Source: Macrostomum lignano
Lineage: Eukaryota
Length of the DNA stretch: 64,000 bases
Assembly (NCBI GenBank): GCA_002269645.1
Contig: NIVC01001710.1
Coordinates: 135,071-199,070, forward strand
Direction: 5' to 3'
The notes beneath the pieces are model-generated. The model saw only the letters and a list, made by a program, of their open reading frames with translations, was not told the origin of the DNA and made no database searches. The position numbers were made by a program, and so were the translations under genes. Below, piece after piece: positions 28,401-38,500 of the stretch. Each line of letters opens with the position of its first letter. Positions within the stretch are counted from its first letter, which is position 1.

Positions 28401-30813
28401 TAGCCTTGTCTGGCCGCAGCACTGGGAAGTGCGGCAGGAAACAGCGGCCTTCAGTCTCAGCTTGCGACACTTTTCGGATATAACCTTGCTGTTCATACTT
28501 TTCAAGGATCTCCTGATACTGCTTGCAGACGTTCATATCCTTAATCAGCCGCTGTTCGGTGTTCTTTAGTCGCTTCAAGGCCATTGAGAAAGTGCCTGCT
28601 GGAGCCAGCCGATCCTTTTTCCATGGAATCCCGATCTGGTAACGGCCCTTCGTGTACTTTAGCGACGACTTGGCTTGCTGGACGGCTCTCTCCTCATCGG
28701 CGGTCAGCGGACTTCGATTGGCACCTTCTGAGACGTTCTCGATCTCCCAAAACTGCCGCAGGATCTTAGCCACCTGACCAGATTCGGAATCGCAGCTGAA
28801 GAAAGTGGCAGCAAAATGGGCGTTCTGCATCTCAGAATTGTCCTGCTCTGTGCGACCGATGCACGTCCAACCCAGGGGAGTCAGGCGCGCCTTTGGCTCC
28901 AGCGGCTGTCCGACGATTTCTTTGAGAGACACGTGAAGATCCGGGTGATCAGCACCAATCAGCAAGTCCACTACTGCAGGCTCACACAGCTTCGGAAACG
29001 GCACATTTCTCAGATGAGGCCACTGCTGCGCTTCTTCGTGCCAGTCGACGCCTTTGAGGGACCCAGTCACGTGATCAGCGGTGAAGGCGACGATCATTGA
29101 GCTGGTCTGACCATCCAGACTTTCCAAGCTAAAGCAGACTGGGGCTGTCATGAAGGTCTCTGTTTGGCCATTGATGACTCCGACTTTCACCTTTTCGAGC
29201 GCTCCATGCACTCCAAGCGCTTCTGCTATCCCGATGTTGACGTAGCTCCTGGTACTGGCATCGTCGAGCAAGGCATTCACCTTCAGCTTCCGGGACCCGT
29301 TCCGTAGGACTACAGGTACCGTTCGTAGCGAGATTGCCGTTTCACCAGCCGACAGAAGCGTCACCGGTCCAGTCTTTCCTGAACTGGAAGCGGATTTAGC
29401 GTCCTTGGATGCAGTCTGCTTCGCTTCACCAGACTTGGCCAACACTTTTTCTGCATGAAGCAGGCGATGATGGAACTTTGTGCAGCTGCTGATGCCGCAC
29501 CGACGACCACGCCGACATTGGCTACCAAGATGTCCTTGGCCCAAGCACCGGAAACAACACTTCGAGCTCTGCGCCGCGTCCCAGCGTTTTTCCACCGGAA
29601 GCTCCTTGAACTCACTGCAGGACCACAGCTCGTGATCACCTTGACAAACAATGCAAATCTTTCGCTGTACCTTCTTGTCACTGTCCGTAGTAACGAAAGT
29701 CTTTGGTCGCTGCTCTCGCTTTTGACGCTCCTGCTGCATGGTGGCAACGCCCTGCACAATCTCTGACGCTTCAGTCTGAAACTCTGCTTCTTGCAGCACC
29801 CAAATTCTCAGATTTCTAACACTCTCCGGCTTCCGCTGCTCAAAGATCCACCTCCGGTAGCTGGCAACCATCTGCTCAGGCAACTTTTTCTGCAGCCTCA
29901 CATACAACATCCCATCTTGAAGCTCTGCCTCTTTACCCGCATCCTCAAGGTTAACGACAGCCACATCCAGTAGATTAGCAAAGCTTTTCAGATCCTTGGC
30001 GTTTCCATTTCGCACGATCGGGAAGCTGTCCAGCTCTTCCAAGTGCAGAGCAAGTTGCCTACGCTGTCCACCAAATTCTCTCTCTAATCTCTCTTTTGCA
30101 GCTTCATATGCCGCAGCAGAGTGTCCTAGATGTTCTATAACCTTCAAAGCTTCACCGCTGAGGTACTGCCTAAGCTGCAGCAACTTGAATTCTGGTGTTG
30201 CAGGGGCGCTGTCGATGCACGCAACAAAGGCTGCCTTCCAGTTTTCATACTTCTGCTTTTCTCCACTAAACGTTGGGATTTCAACACGCTTCAGCATCTT
30301 CCACAAATCCTTTGAAAGCTCCTTCGGGTTGGATCCTTTGCTGGACGCAGCACTGCCAGAAAGTTTGTGTAACTCACCAGCTGCTTCTTCTTGGTCACCC
30401 GCAGCGTTCTCACCGCTTGAGCTCGCGGCAGGAGGAGCTTCTTTGGCGCGCTGCAATCTCCGGTTTCTGGCGCTTTCGACGCGCTGCATGGCAGCTTGGT
30501 AGTCGCGCTCCGTCTCCTCCATTTCGTCTAGTAGGCGCTGTCGCCTCTCGTTGTCCTTGGCGTCGGCGTAGCCTTCATGCAGTTCTTCCTGGATGGCGCT
30601 GACCAGATCTTGCAGGTCTGACAGAGCGTCACAGGCAACTTGCACTTCGTCATCAGAGGCGTGCGTCTTTAACAGCCAAGACAGCTTGTTTTTGCAACGA
30701 GTGAACGCTGCTTTTTTTCGGGATTTCTCGAAGCGCAGCTTCTCTAAACGTAGGGCGCCGGCATCGTCTTGGGCTTCCTGCTGCTGCTGCTCATTGGCGT
30801 CGTCACTGTCCAT
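25453..30813 (-). CDS. BEL/Pao Gag-Pol polyprotein, 1786 aa from the first ATG (MDSDDANEQ)
   Basis: Gag with three zinc knuckles (CIVCQGDHELWSC, CFRCLGQGHLGSQC, CGISSCTKFHHRLLH), protease ALLDDAS, RT YMDD, RNase H FVDASEKAYGA, integrase HHCC plus DFAGP/SDNGTNF/HEIMIK. The order PR-RT-RH-INT is that of BEL/Pao. Confidence 0.97.
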   Translation of the reverse strand: MDSDDANEQQQQEAQDDAGALRLEKLRFEKSRKKAAFTRCKNKLSWLLKTHASDDEVQVACDALSDLQDLVSAIQEELHEGYADAKDNERRQRLLDEMEETERDYQAAMQRVESARNRRLQRAKEAPPAASSSGENAAGDQEEAAGELHKLSGSAASSKGSNPKELSKDLWKMLKRVEIPTFSGEKQKYENWKAAFVACIDSAPATPEFKLLQLRQYLSGEALKVIEHLGHSAAAYEAAKERLEREFGGQRRQLALHLEELDSFPIVRNGNAKDLKSFANLLDVAVVNLEDAGKEAELQDGMLYVRLQKKLPEQMVASYRRWIFEQRKPESVRNLRIWVLQEAEFQTEASEIVQGVATMQQERQKREQRPKTFVTTDSDKKVQRKICIVCQGDHELWSCSEFKELPVEKRWDAAQSSKCCFRCLGQGHLGSQCRRGRRCGISSCTKFHHRLLHAEKVLAKSGEAKQTASKDAKSASSSGKTGPVTLLSAGETAISLRTVPVVLRNGSRKLKVNALLDDASTRSYVNIGIAEALGVHGALEKVKVGVINGQTETFMTAPVCFSLESLDGQTSSMIVAFTADHVTGSLKGVDWHEEAQQWPHLRNVPFPKLCEPAVVDLLIGADHPDLHVSLKEIVGQPLEPKARLTPLGWTCIGRTEQDNSEMQNAHFAATFFSCDSESGQVAKILRQFWEIENVSEGANRSPLTADEERAVQQAKSSLKYTKGRYQIGIPWKKDRLAPAGTFSMALKRLKNTEQRLIKDMNVCKQYQEILEKYEQQGYIRKVSQAETEGRCFLPHFPVLRPDKATTKVRIVFDASAARLNDQILQGPKLQRDLVDVLLRFRRHPIAIACDVAEMYLQIEMDPKDRPLHSFLWRDADPSKQPDVYEFNRVVFGVTSSPFLAQFVTRCHAEKSKGELPEAAETVLHSTYMDDSLDSAPTEAAACRLYDQLSELWRRAGMHARKWVSNSRAVLDRIPPEDRAAEVTLDSKELPSTKTLGVTWQSEQDEFTFKDENESRQVTTKRGLLKKLASVFDPLGLISPFVVQAKILMQELWQTGLDWDEPLNAELSAKVSAWCIDLKHLSEIRLSRALEGENSLSGSVHVFVDASEKAYGAVCYWRSETATDSERSVRLIISKTRVAPITTMSTPRLELMAAVLGVQLASKVAQSLQVPLRDAVFWSDSLNVLYWIRGRGKMFKPFVSSRVGEIQASTEPNQWRYVSTEKNPADLLSRGLSIKAVAASQLWWHGPQFLLEEAENWPKNKVQVPEQVEERRRCEDQSPAGESQRTYVTDVLERNHRLEPERFSSWIRAVRVHAWVARFANNCRLMKEHRDTGELSPAEIEAAESKIIQRAQQETFAEEIACLRAGKQLPGRSVISNLNPKLDVNDLLRADGRLKFADVLPFSTRFPIILPRSHRVTELIVKHHHESVQHLGTNQTLVALSNRFWIVSAREAIKSWEAKCAECRRRKARPASQIMAPLPACRFKEPLRAFARVAVDFAGPFITKQGRGKARQKRYLALFTCLATRAVHLEVAFGMDTDSFLRTLQRMISRRGQPIELFSDNGTNFVGAARELRELVDVLDTQKLQQRTASQQLRWHFNPPAAPHFGGVHEIMIKAAKKAIWAILKEADVTDEELLSAFAGAEALLNSRPLTYQTAHPSDDVPLTPNHFLIGQVGGKFAPEVDAAIARSPSRRWRHVQQLVSQIWRRWLREWLPGLAPRSKWRRELPDLQPGDVALLVSPDSPRGHWPLARVLEVMRGSDGHVRVASIRVGDRTMTRPITKLCPISAG

Positions 30814-30878
30814 CCTGGTCCTTCGTTTCACAGTAGGGTTCTATTGCTTGCCACGTCAGTGGTAAGTTAGGCTTGTCC

Positions 30879-30896
30879 AACCACGCTCTGCTACCA
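30879..30896 (-). promoter_or_regulatory. Primer-binding site TGGTAGCAGAGCGTGGTT, complementary to the 3' end of initiator tRNA-Met
   Basis: Lies 3 nt inside the 5' LTR end; animal tRNA-iMet ends in ...CTCTGCTACCA. Confidence 0.8.
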
Positions 30897-30899
30897 AAA

Positions 30900-31185
30900 T
30901 GTACTATAGAAATGAAAAGACCGATGGTCCGCCAATAACTATTTTGGAGCTGAGGCTCAAGCGAGACGCTAACAAAACGAAAAGCGTAAACCGTACACAG
31001 GGCTAATAAGCCCTCTCGATGATATATTTATTGCAGTCAGTCAGAATCAGCCAGCGTGGAGGGGGGTGGGTGAGATGGGCCTGGGCTAAATCAGCGTACA
31101 TAGAAAATTGAATAATAAACACGTACATTAAATCACGCAGTGGAATTGGAAAGAAAATCAATGCTACTAATCTACCTCCCAAACA
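30900..31185 (-). repeat. 5' LTR of the BEL/Pao element
   Basis: Identical to 24440-24725; followed on the plus strand by the TSD TGAGG. Confidence 0.97.
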
Positions 31186-31890
31186 TGAGGGTTGGAATGA
31201 GTCCTTTACCCCACAGGTAATTTTCAGCAATGTACATCCAAAACTGTACACGCGGGACGCGGAGTGTGAGGTGGCTGTAAGGATAATTGGAGCCTGTCAT
31301 ATAGTCTTGAATGTACATGTACGAACGTATGCAGTATCAATATAAAGACTCCGAATAATACAAAGTACGAAGGCGGAGATTAAATTTTCCTGATGGTAGA
31401 AAACTTTTTTACACGCGAGTGAGCGTGTCAGGAATGCCCTGCACCCGAGGCCTTGCCAATTGATTTCAGTGCGGTGGACAAAATCGGCTCCCGTGTTGTC
31501 TCGATAAATTATTAACAGAAGCCTATATCGCATTTAAGCAAAGTTCAAGGGTGTGAAGTTAATTCGATGCATTCTAAGGGGGGCTTGTGTCTTGTTTAAA
31601 AAACCTAGATGTAATAACACGTAGTTATGCGATGGGACAGTGCCGCAGGTGAAGGATGCAGCATGCACCATTATATGGCCCTGTGGATGCCAAGTGTTAT
31701 CTTCCCTACTTTTAGTGTAATTATTAGCGCTGGTAGGTGATAATTACATGTAGACTATGACACATATCATTCTTTTTACTGCGCTTTGTTCAAATAATAC
31801 GGATTTAGAAGGAATAGAATGAATTAAGAGCGAACTACTAGGAGAAACAGATTATAAATAAGATGGGAATACCAGAATTAAAAGTGAAGG

Positions 31891-31921
<31 letters not shown>

Positions 31922-33877
31922 CAACGAGATTGAGAGTGACAGTGAGATTGAGAGTGAGGGTGAGAGTTGAGAGAGCAAAAGGCGAGCAAAAGGCGAGCTA
32001 AAAGTGGCAATAAGCAAACACGGGCAGAAAGCAAAAGTTGTATTTGCAAAGTTGAATAAAAGTTTCCAAAGATGCAAAGCAGACCAGCAATGCGACTTCG
32101 GTGCTACCAGGAGCTCGTATCCTGCATTGCAGTGACGAACCTCTATTGGGAGTGGAGCATGCGGTGCTGTTTGTGTTTTTGGCGCAAATTCAAATTGACG
32201 CAGCGGCAAAATCAGCAGCCAGAGAGAGAGCGTGAGACAGAGAACAGAAAAAATTGAAATCCCACGCAAGCGTGACAGGCGAACGGCGCAGGATGTCGGC
32301 TAGGAAATCAATCCTCATCACGATGTGTCGCGGCGGGGAAAGGAAGAGAGGCCGGCATGGCGGAATCCGTATGCAAGTCAAGTCTCCAGTCTGGGCCAAA
32401 ATCTCTCCATGCTCTGGCCGAGATCAAAATCGAGTCTTCAATTTTCTGCCAACAGGAATTCGGCTGACCGATTGGGGGCCGAGAGCAGCAGATGGACTGG
32501 CGGTTGTCTGCCCGCTAGCTGAAGTAGGCGCTGCTCACTTTGAGTACAATGGCCCCCTGGGGCGCACGGGGCTCAAGACTGAAGAAATATTCTTTACTCA
32601 CTCGCCAACTAAAATATTCGGTTGGTTTTTGAACGGTAGAGGATTTTTAGCAGGATTGAATAAATCCCCTCTCAGGAGAAAGTTCATCTCAGTTATTTTT
32701 GTAGCGTCCCCCAAGTTGCCAGCGTCTGATCGCCGCTGATTAATATTCATGTCAACTTTTAATGGAAATCTACACGATGTTAGAAATTATCTGAGCGAGA
32801 TCCGGTTGGCTTGCATTAATCTTTAAAACCAGTTAATTGTTGCCAAAATGTACAGTTAGATGCACTGGGACTTATTCTGTTTGTTTCCTGGCATAGTCTG
32901 GTTTTGGACGAGCCATTCGGATGGCTGATCCTTCTGAGAGGGGGTTGAAACGGAAAAATTAAAACGGCTAAAAAGAGAGAAATCCCAAGGGATGAGGCTA
33001 AAACAGCAGGTCCACCTTGAGAACACTGAATTTAAATCTTGCCCTACAAAGCACCGCACCATACGGGAGCCAAGGTTTTGTTTTTACGGGGCTCAAATAT
33101 TCGCACTGCAACGGTGGCAATTCAGCCGTGACCAAATTACGTATGCATGTGATCATGCTTAATGTTTTGTTTATCCAGTGCCATGCAGTTGCCCCGTGAT
33201 AGAAGATGACATTGTGGACTTTTAAATGAGTATTTACTATCGGGCTGGCGTTCTTAGTCACTCGGGCCACCCCCGCAACGGGATGATGGTCAAAGGCTGG
33301 ACGGGTCCTCACTGGCCCCCTTGCCCATGGCCTCAACCCCTACTGACGTTTTCACGACTCGGATCAACCAGTGGGTGGCATCCAAGCACAGGAAGAGGCG
33401 GACTAAGGTCCCGACTGTCGGCAGTCCCGCGCTGCTGTCCCCTGTCCCTCTTCCGTCCTCGGACTCAACATCAGGGCTGTAAGTAGCCTCCTTGGGACCA
33501 CCCTTACCTTCCAAAGAAAAATCCGTAGTGAGGAATACCCATTCTGCCTCTTCGGTGTTGAGAATCTGCAATCGTCTTGCCTTTACTCAAGACAGGCTCG
33601 CCTTCCTCGGCCCAAACCTGGACCTCTCCGACGTTTTCAGGCCCAACAATTTCTGCCATTTCCTCCGCTACCTAAGGGAGCCCCCCTTCTGAGAGAGAAC
33701 TATTACAACTTCCATTTGAAGCAGCAGGACAGTCGAAAAATGTCTTATTCGCCATCGCACCCGATTCCAACTGCCTGTGGTCTGTGGGCGGCTGGAGTAG
33801 CCCATCTCGGGGTGTGCGGTATGTGTGGTTTTGAGTGCGTAATTATCTTAACCATAGTTCTATAGAGAGCGCGAGTT

Positions 33878-34890
33878 CCATAGACAGCGCGAGTTTCATA
33901 GACAGCAGAGTTCCATAGACAGCAGAGTTCCATAGACAGCACGAGTTTCATAGACAGCGCGAGTTTCATAGACAGCACGAGTTTCATAGACAGCACGAGT
34001 TTCATAGACAGCAGAGTTCCATAGACAGCACGAGTTTCATAGACAGCGCGAGTTTCATAGACAGCGCGAGTTTCAAAGACAGCGCGAGTTTCATAGCCAG
34101 CACGAGTTTCATAGACAGCAGAGTTCCATAGGCAGCACGAGTTCCATAGACAGCACGAGTTCCATAGACAGCACGATTTCAATTGACAGAAAGTGTTTCA
34201 TAGACAGCGCGAGTTTCATAGACAGCAGAGTTCCATAGACAGCACGAGTTTCATAGACAGCAGAGTTCCATAGACAGCACGAGTTTCAAAGACAGCGCGA
34301 GTTTCATAGCCAGCACGAGTTTCATAGACAGCAGAGTTCCATAGACAGCACGAGTTCCATAGACAGCACGAGTTCCATAGACAGCAGAGTTCCATAGACA
34401 GCACGATTTCAATTGACAGAAAGTGTTTCATAGACAGCACGAGTTTCATAGACAGCAGAGTTCCATAGACAGCACGAGTTTCATAGACAGCGCGAGTTTC
34501 ATAGACAGCGCGAGTTTCAAAGACAGCGCGAGTTTCATAGCCAGCACGAGTTTCATAGACAGCAGAGTTCCATAGACAGCACGAGTTCCATAGACAGCAC
34601 GAGTTCCATAGACAGCACGAGTTCCATAGACAGCACGATTTCAATTGACAGAAAGTGTTTCATAGACAGCGCGAGTTTCATAGACAGCAGAGTTCCATAG
34701 ACAGCACGATTTCAATTGACAGAAAGTGTTCCATAGACAGCACGAGTTTCATAGACAGCAGAGTTCCATAGACAGCACGAGTTTCATAGGCAGCACGAGT
34801 TCCATAGACAGCACGAGTTCCATATACAGCACGATTTCAATTGACAGAAAGTGTTCCATAGACAGCACGAGTTTCATAGACAGCAGATAC
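33878..34890. repeat. 17-18-bp minisatellite (CATAGACAGCACGAGTTT / CATAGACAGCAGAGTTC) upstream of the DEG/ENaC gene
   Basis: Direct array with higher-order blocks punctuated by ATTTCAATTGACAGAAAGTG. Confidence 0.95.
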
Positions 34891-35536
34891 GAGTACAACA
34901 TATACAGCACACGTAAGCAATACTATTCAATAAAAATGTAAACAACTAGTTAACAACGTCTGTGAACTACGAGCGTATAATGTAAAACTTTGTAGTCTTT
35001 AATACTAACTCATCAATTCTTTTGCTACGTTTCGACCGTGCTTCTCATTGTTTCACTAACGGACGCTAGATTGACCTTTCTAAACTCAAGCCCAAGCCAG
35101 TCTCAGCTGCTCGAACGCCCCCAATAAATTGCAGCTAAACTGATGCACTTCAGAACAATGAGAAGCGCGCGCCCGAGACCGCTGCCGGAGCAGCCAGCCT
35201 CGGTTGCCTCAGCCCCGGTGCAGGCAGCGAGGCAGCCAATCCTTGCCTAGCTGGGAAAGAGGAGGGGATCGCGGATCGGGAATTCGCTGGCCAAGGGTTG
35301 GCCATCGATTTAGCCTGGCTGACGGCGAGCACTGCGGGCTCAGGCCTGGCTGAGAGAGACAGAGAAAGTTGCGAGTATAGCCTGCGCTTACAGGTAACTG
35401 GTCGCATATTTTAACAAACCTGCATAGTAACAGGAGTTGATCGGGTCAGCACGGGAGATACGCTGTGTTTGGATAGCTTGAATAGCAAGCTTGTTAAAGG
35501 AGCGAGAGATCAGGAAGGAGAGAGGCACAGCGGACA

Positions 35537-38500
35537 ATGGACCCGAAAAGCGATATGCTGGAGAGGGCGCTGGAGGAGGCGGACGATTCCGACTGGCGCA
35601 CCGATCTCGGAGGCGACCCTGTTGAGCAGCGGCGGCAGCTAGGTAGTAAGTCGAAAAGCCGGCACAACTATCGCAGGCGGATGCTGTGCGCCAATCTGCA
35701 GAGCTTTGCGCACAGGACGTCCGCGCACGGGCTTGGCAGATTCTTCTCGCAGCAGGTGCCCTGGCTGCGGGGGCTGTGGGCTCTGGTGGTGTTCGGAGCC
35801 ATGACTGGCCTCACGCTGCACACCTACAAGCAGATCAGCCTGTTTCGAGCCTATCCGGTGTCCAGCACGACCAGGCTGCTCACCAACCGGTTTACCTTCC
35901 CGGATGTGACATTCTGCGATCCGCTGATGAAGAAATTCTTTACCATAGGCTCCAGACAGCTGCGCAGCGACGTGAACAGAAACAATTACTTTGTGGCCAA
36001 CTACATGCTGGGCTACCTGGTGTCGGATGAGGAACGAGACGACGAGGCCAGCAGCCGCGTCAAAGCCATCAAACTGGCCTACGCAACCTTTGAGCACGCG
36101 GTGCACACCTGGCCAAAGTTCAACATGACAGCCGCCAGCGCCAGGATATTCGACATGCTGCTGTACTGCCAGTACAATCAGGAGCGATGCACAGGTAAAA
36201 ATTTCACAGTGTTCTACCACCGGGACTATGGCAACTGCTTCTCGTTCAAGGCTACTAACAGGTTTATTCGGTCCAGCGGAGTGGAGAAAGGCCTCGTCCT
36301 GGTATTGTACAGTCCCAGCGTCGACGTCAAGCAGAGCATCGACTATTACAGCGACACCGTGACGACGGGACTGGAGACCGGCGGGCTCAGGGTGGCCGTG
36401 CACCAACAGGTGAGTTCCTTAATTTCCTGACCCAGACTTTCCAGCCCTGTCTCTTTGATTCCTTCTTCCTTCCTGCCTTCGAGGACAGCATTAATAGCTT
36501 GTAGCCTAGCAGAAACGCAATCTTTCAAAACGCTTTGTTCCCGACATCGGCTTTTGGACGGGATCCCGTCTGAGCACTGAACTCAGTTCACTGGTGGTCA
36601 AAACTTTGTACGGCACCCGTAGTTGTCTGGTATAAGGTTGTCGTTTGACCCCAGCGCGTGCAAGGATGCTCTCATTGTGCAGTGCAAGCACACAATGAAA
36701 AACGACAATTACATATTCATCGGACTTTCGCCTTTGACCTTGCCTTTGACTATTCCAGTGTACACTCCTACTTGCTAACTTTTGGAAAACCCCTGATGAC
36801 AAAAGTACATCTGGGGTGTAGATGGGTGATAGTTTGGTTTGCGGGCCCAAAAGGGGCTTGATAAGGGACAATGATAGCTTGTGTCAATGGTTTTGGAGAA
36901 AGAAATGGTAGATTGTGTCAATGGTTTTGGAGAAAGAAATGGTAGATTGTGTCTATTGTTTTGGAGAAAGAAATGGTAGATTGTGTCGATGGTTTTGGAG
37001 AAAGAAATGGTAGATTGTGTCTATTGTTTTGGAGGTAGACAATGGTAGACCGTGTCTATGGTTTTGGAGGCAGACAATGGTAAATTGTGTCTATGGTTAT
37101 GGAGACAGACAATGGTAAATTGTGTCTATGGTTATGGAGACAGACAATGGTAGATTGTGTCTATGGTTTTGAAGGCAGACAATGGTAGACCGTGTCTATG
37201 GTTATGGGGACAGACAATGGTAGATTGTGTCTATGGCTTTGGAGGCAGACAATGGTAGATTGTGTCTATGGTTTTGGAGGCAGACAATGGTAGATTGTGT
37301 CTATGGTTTTGGAGGCAGACAATGGTAGATTGTGTCTATGGCTTTGGAGACAGACAATGGTAGATTGTGTCTATGGTTTTGGAGGCAGACAATGGTAGAT
37401 TGTGTCTATGGTTTTGGAGGCAGACAATGGTAGATTGTGTCTATGGCTTTGGAGACAGACAATGGTAGATTGTGTCTATGGCTTTGGAGACAGACAATGG
37501 TAGATTGTGTCTATGGTTTTGGAGGCAGACAATGGTAGATTGTGTCTATGGTTTTGGAGGCAGACAATGGTAGATTGTGTCTATGGTTTTGGAGGCAGAC
37601 AATGGTAGATTGTGTCTATGGTTTTGGAGACAGACAATGGTAGATTGTGTCTATGGTTTTGGAGGCAGACAATGGTAGATTGTGTCTATGGCTTTGGAGG
37701 CAGAAAATGGTAGATTGTGTCTATGGTTTTAGAGGCAGACAATGGTAAATTTTGTCTATGGCTTTGGAGACAGACAATGGTAGATTGTGTCTATGGTTTT
37801 GGAGGCAGACAATGGTAGATTGTGTCTATGGTTATGGAGACAGACAATGGTAGATTGTGTTTATGGTTTTAGAGGCAGAAAACGGTTAATTTTCAGGAGT
37901 GGTGAAGAAAAGAGTGACTGAAGTTAATCATTGCCTATAATAAAACCATGTGCTTAAGCACATTGTCTCATCAAATCATTTTTAGTAGCCGTACGCAATG
38001 ATTTCGAAGCTTTGAATAATGAGCGTACTGAGAGAGATGCTATGACCAATGCGTCCCTATGACAGCAGTTGGTTTCTCAAAAAGGTGTTCTACTTACCTA
38101 AGCTGGGTCCACAACTAACTCCTAAAATCTTTGATCCAATACACAGTTGCAGAAGCAGCCGTGTCCAATTACTCATACAAGTGCTCTTAATTACTAAACT
38201 TTCCTGACTAAAGCTGCATATATAGATTTCGGTCATTAATTGGTGTTGGTAAAGTGGATAATCTGACGGGGAACACGATGGAACAGCGGACACTACTGAC
38301 GCCAATGCAGCTCGGGGGGGGGGGCAGTCCCAGATCACTCTCTCCCTGGCAACCTAATCGATGCCCGAGCTTTGAACCGAACTCCCAGTCGTAAAAACGT
38401 TTCAACTTGAAATTAGCGATTTCATTTACTCGCTTAGGAAGCGAGCAAGAGGGAGAAACACAAACTTAGCAAATTGTCGTCACAAAATCGAAGCCTGTCG

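Larger units (their letters stand above)
24440..31185 (-). mobile_element. Full-length BEL/Pao LTR retrotransposon, 6746 bp
   Basis: Two identical 286-bp LTRs (24440-24725, 30900-31185) with TG...CA ends and a 5-bp TSD TGAGG on both flanks. PBS, PPT and a single intact gag-pol ORF are present. Confidence 0.98.

Noticed and set aside
33490-33700. Peptide ...VLRICNRLAFTQDRLAFLG...FLRYL resembling a LINE ORF2 C-terminus
   Set aside because: The similarity is too weak and short to call without a search.
36785-36850. CTGATGA core suggesting a hammerhead ribozyme (similar cores near 46290 and in the 41-bp satellite)
   Set aside because: No matching GAAA segment or three-helix junction could be built.
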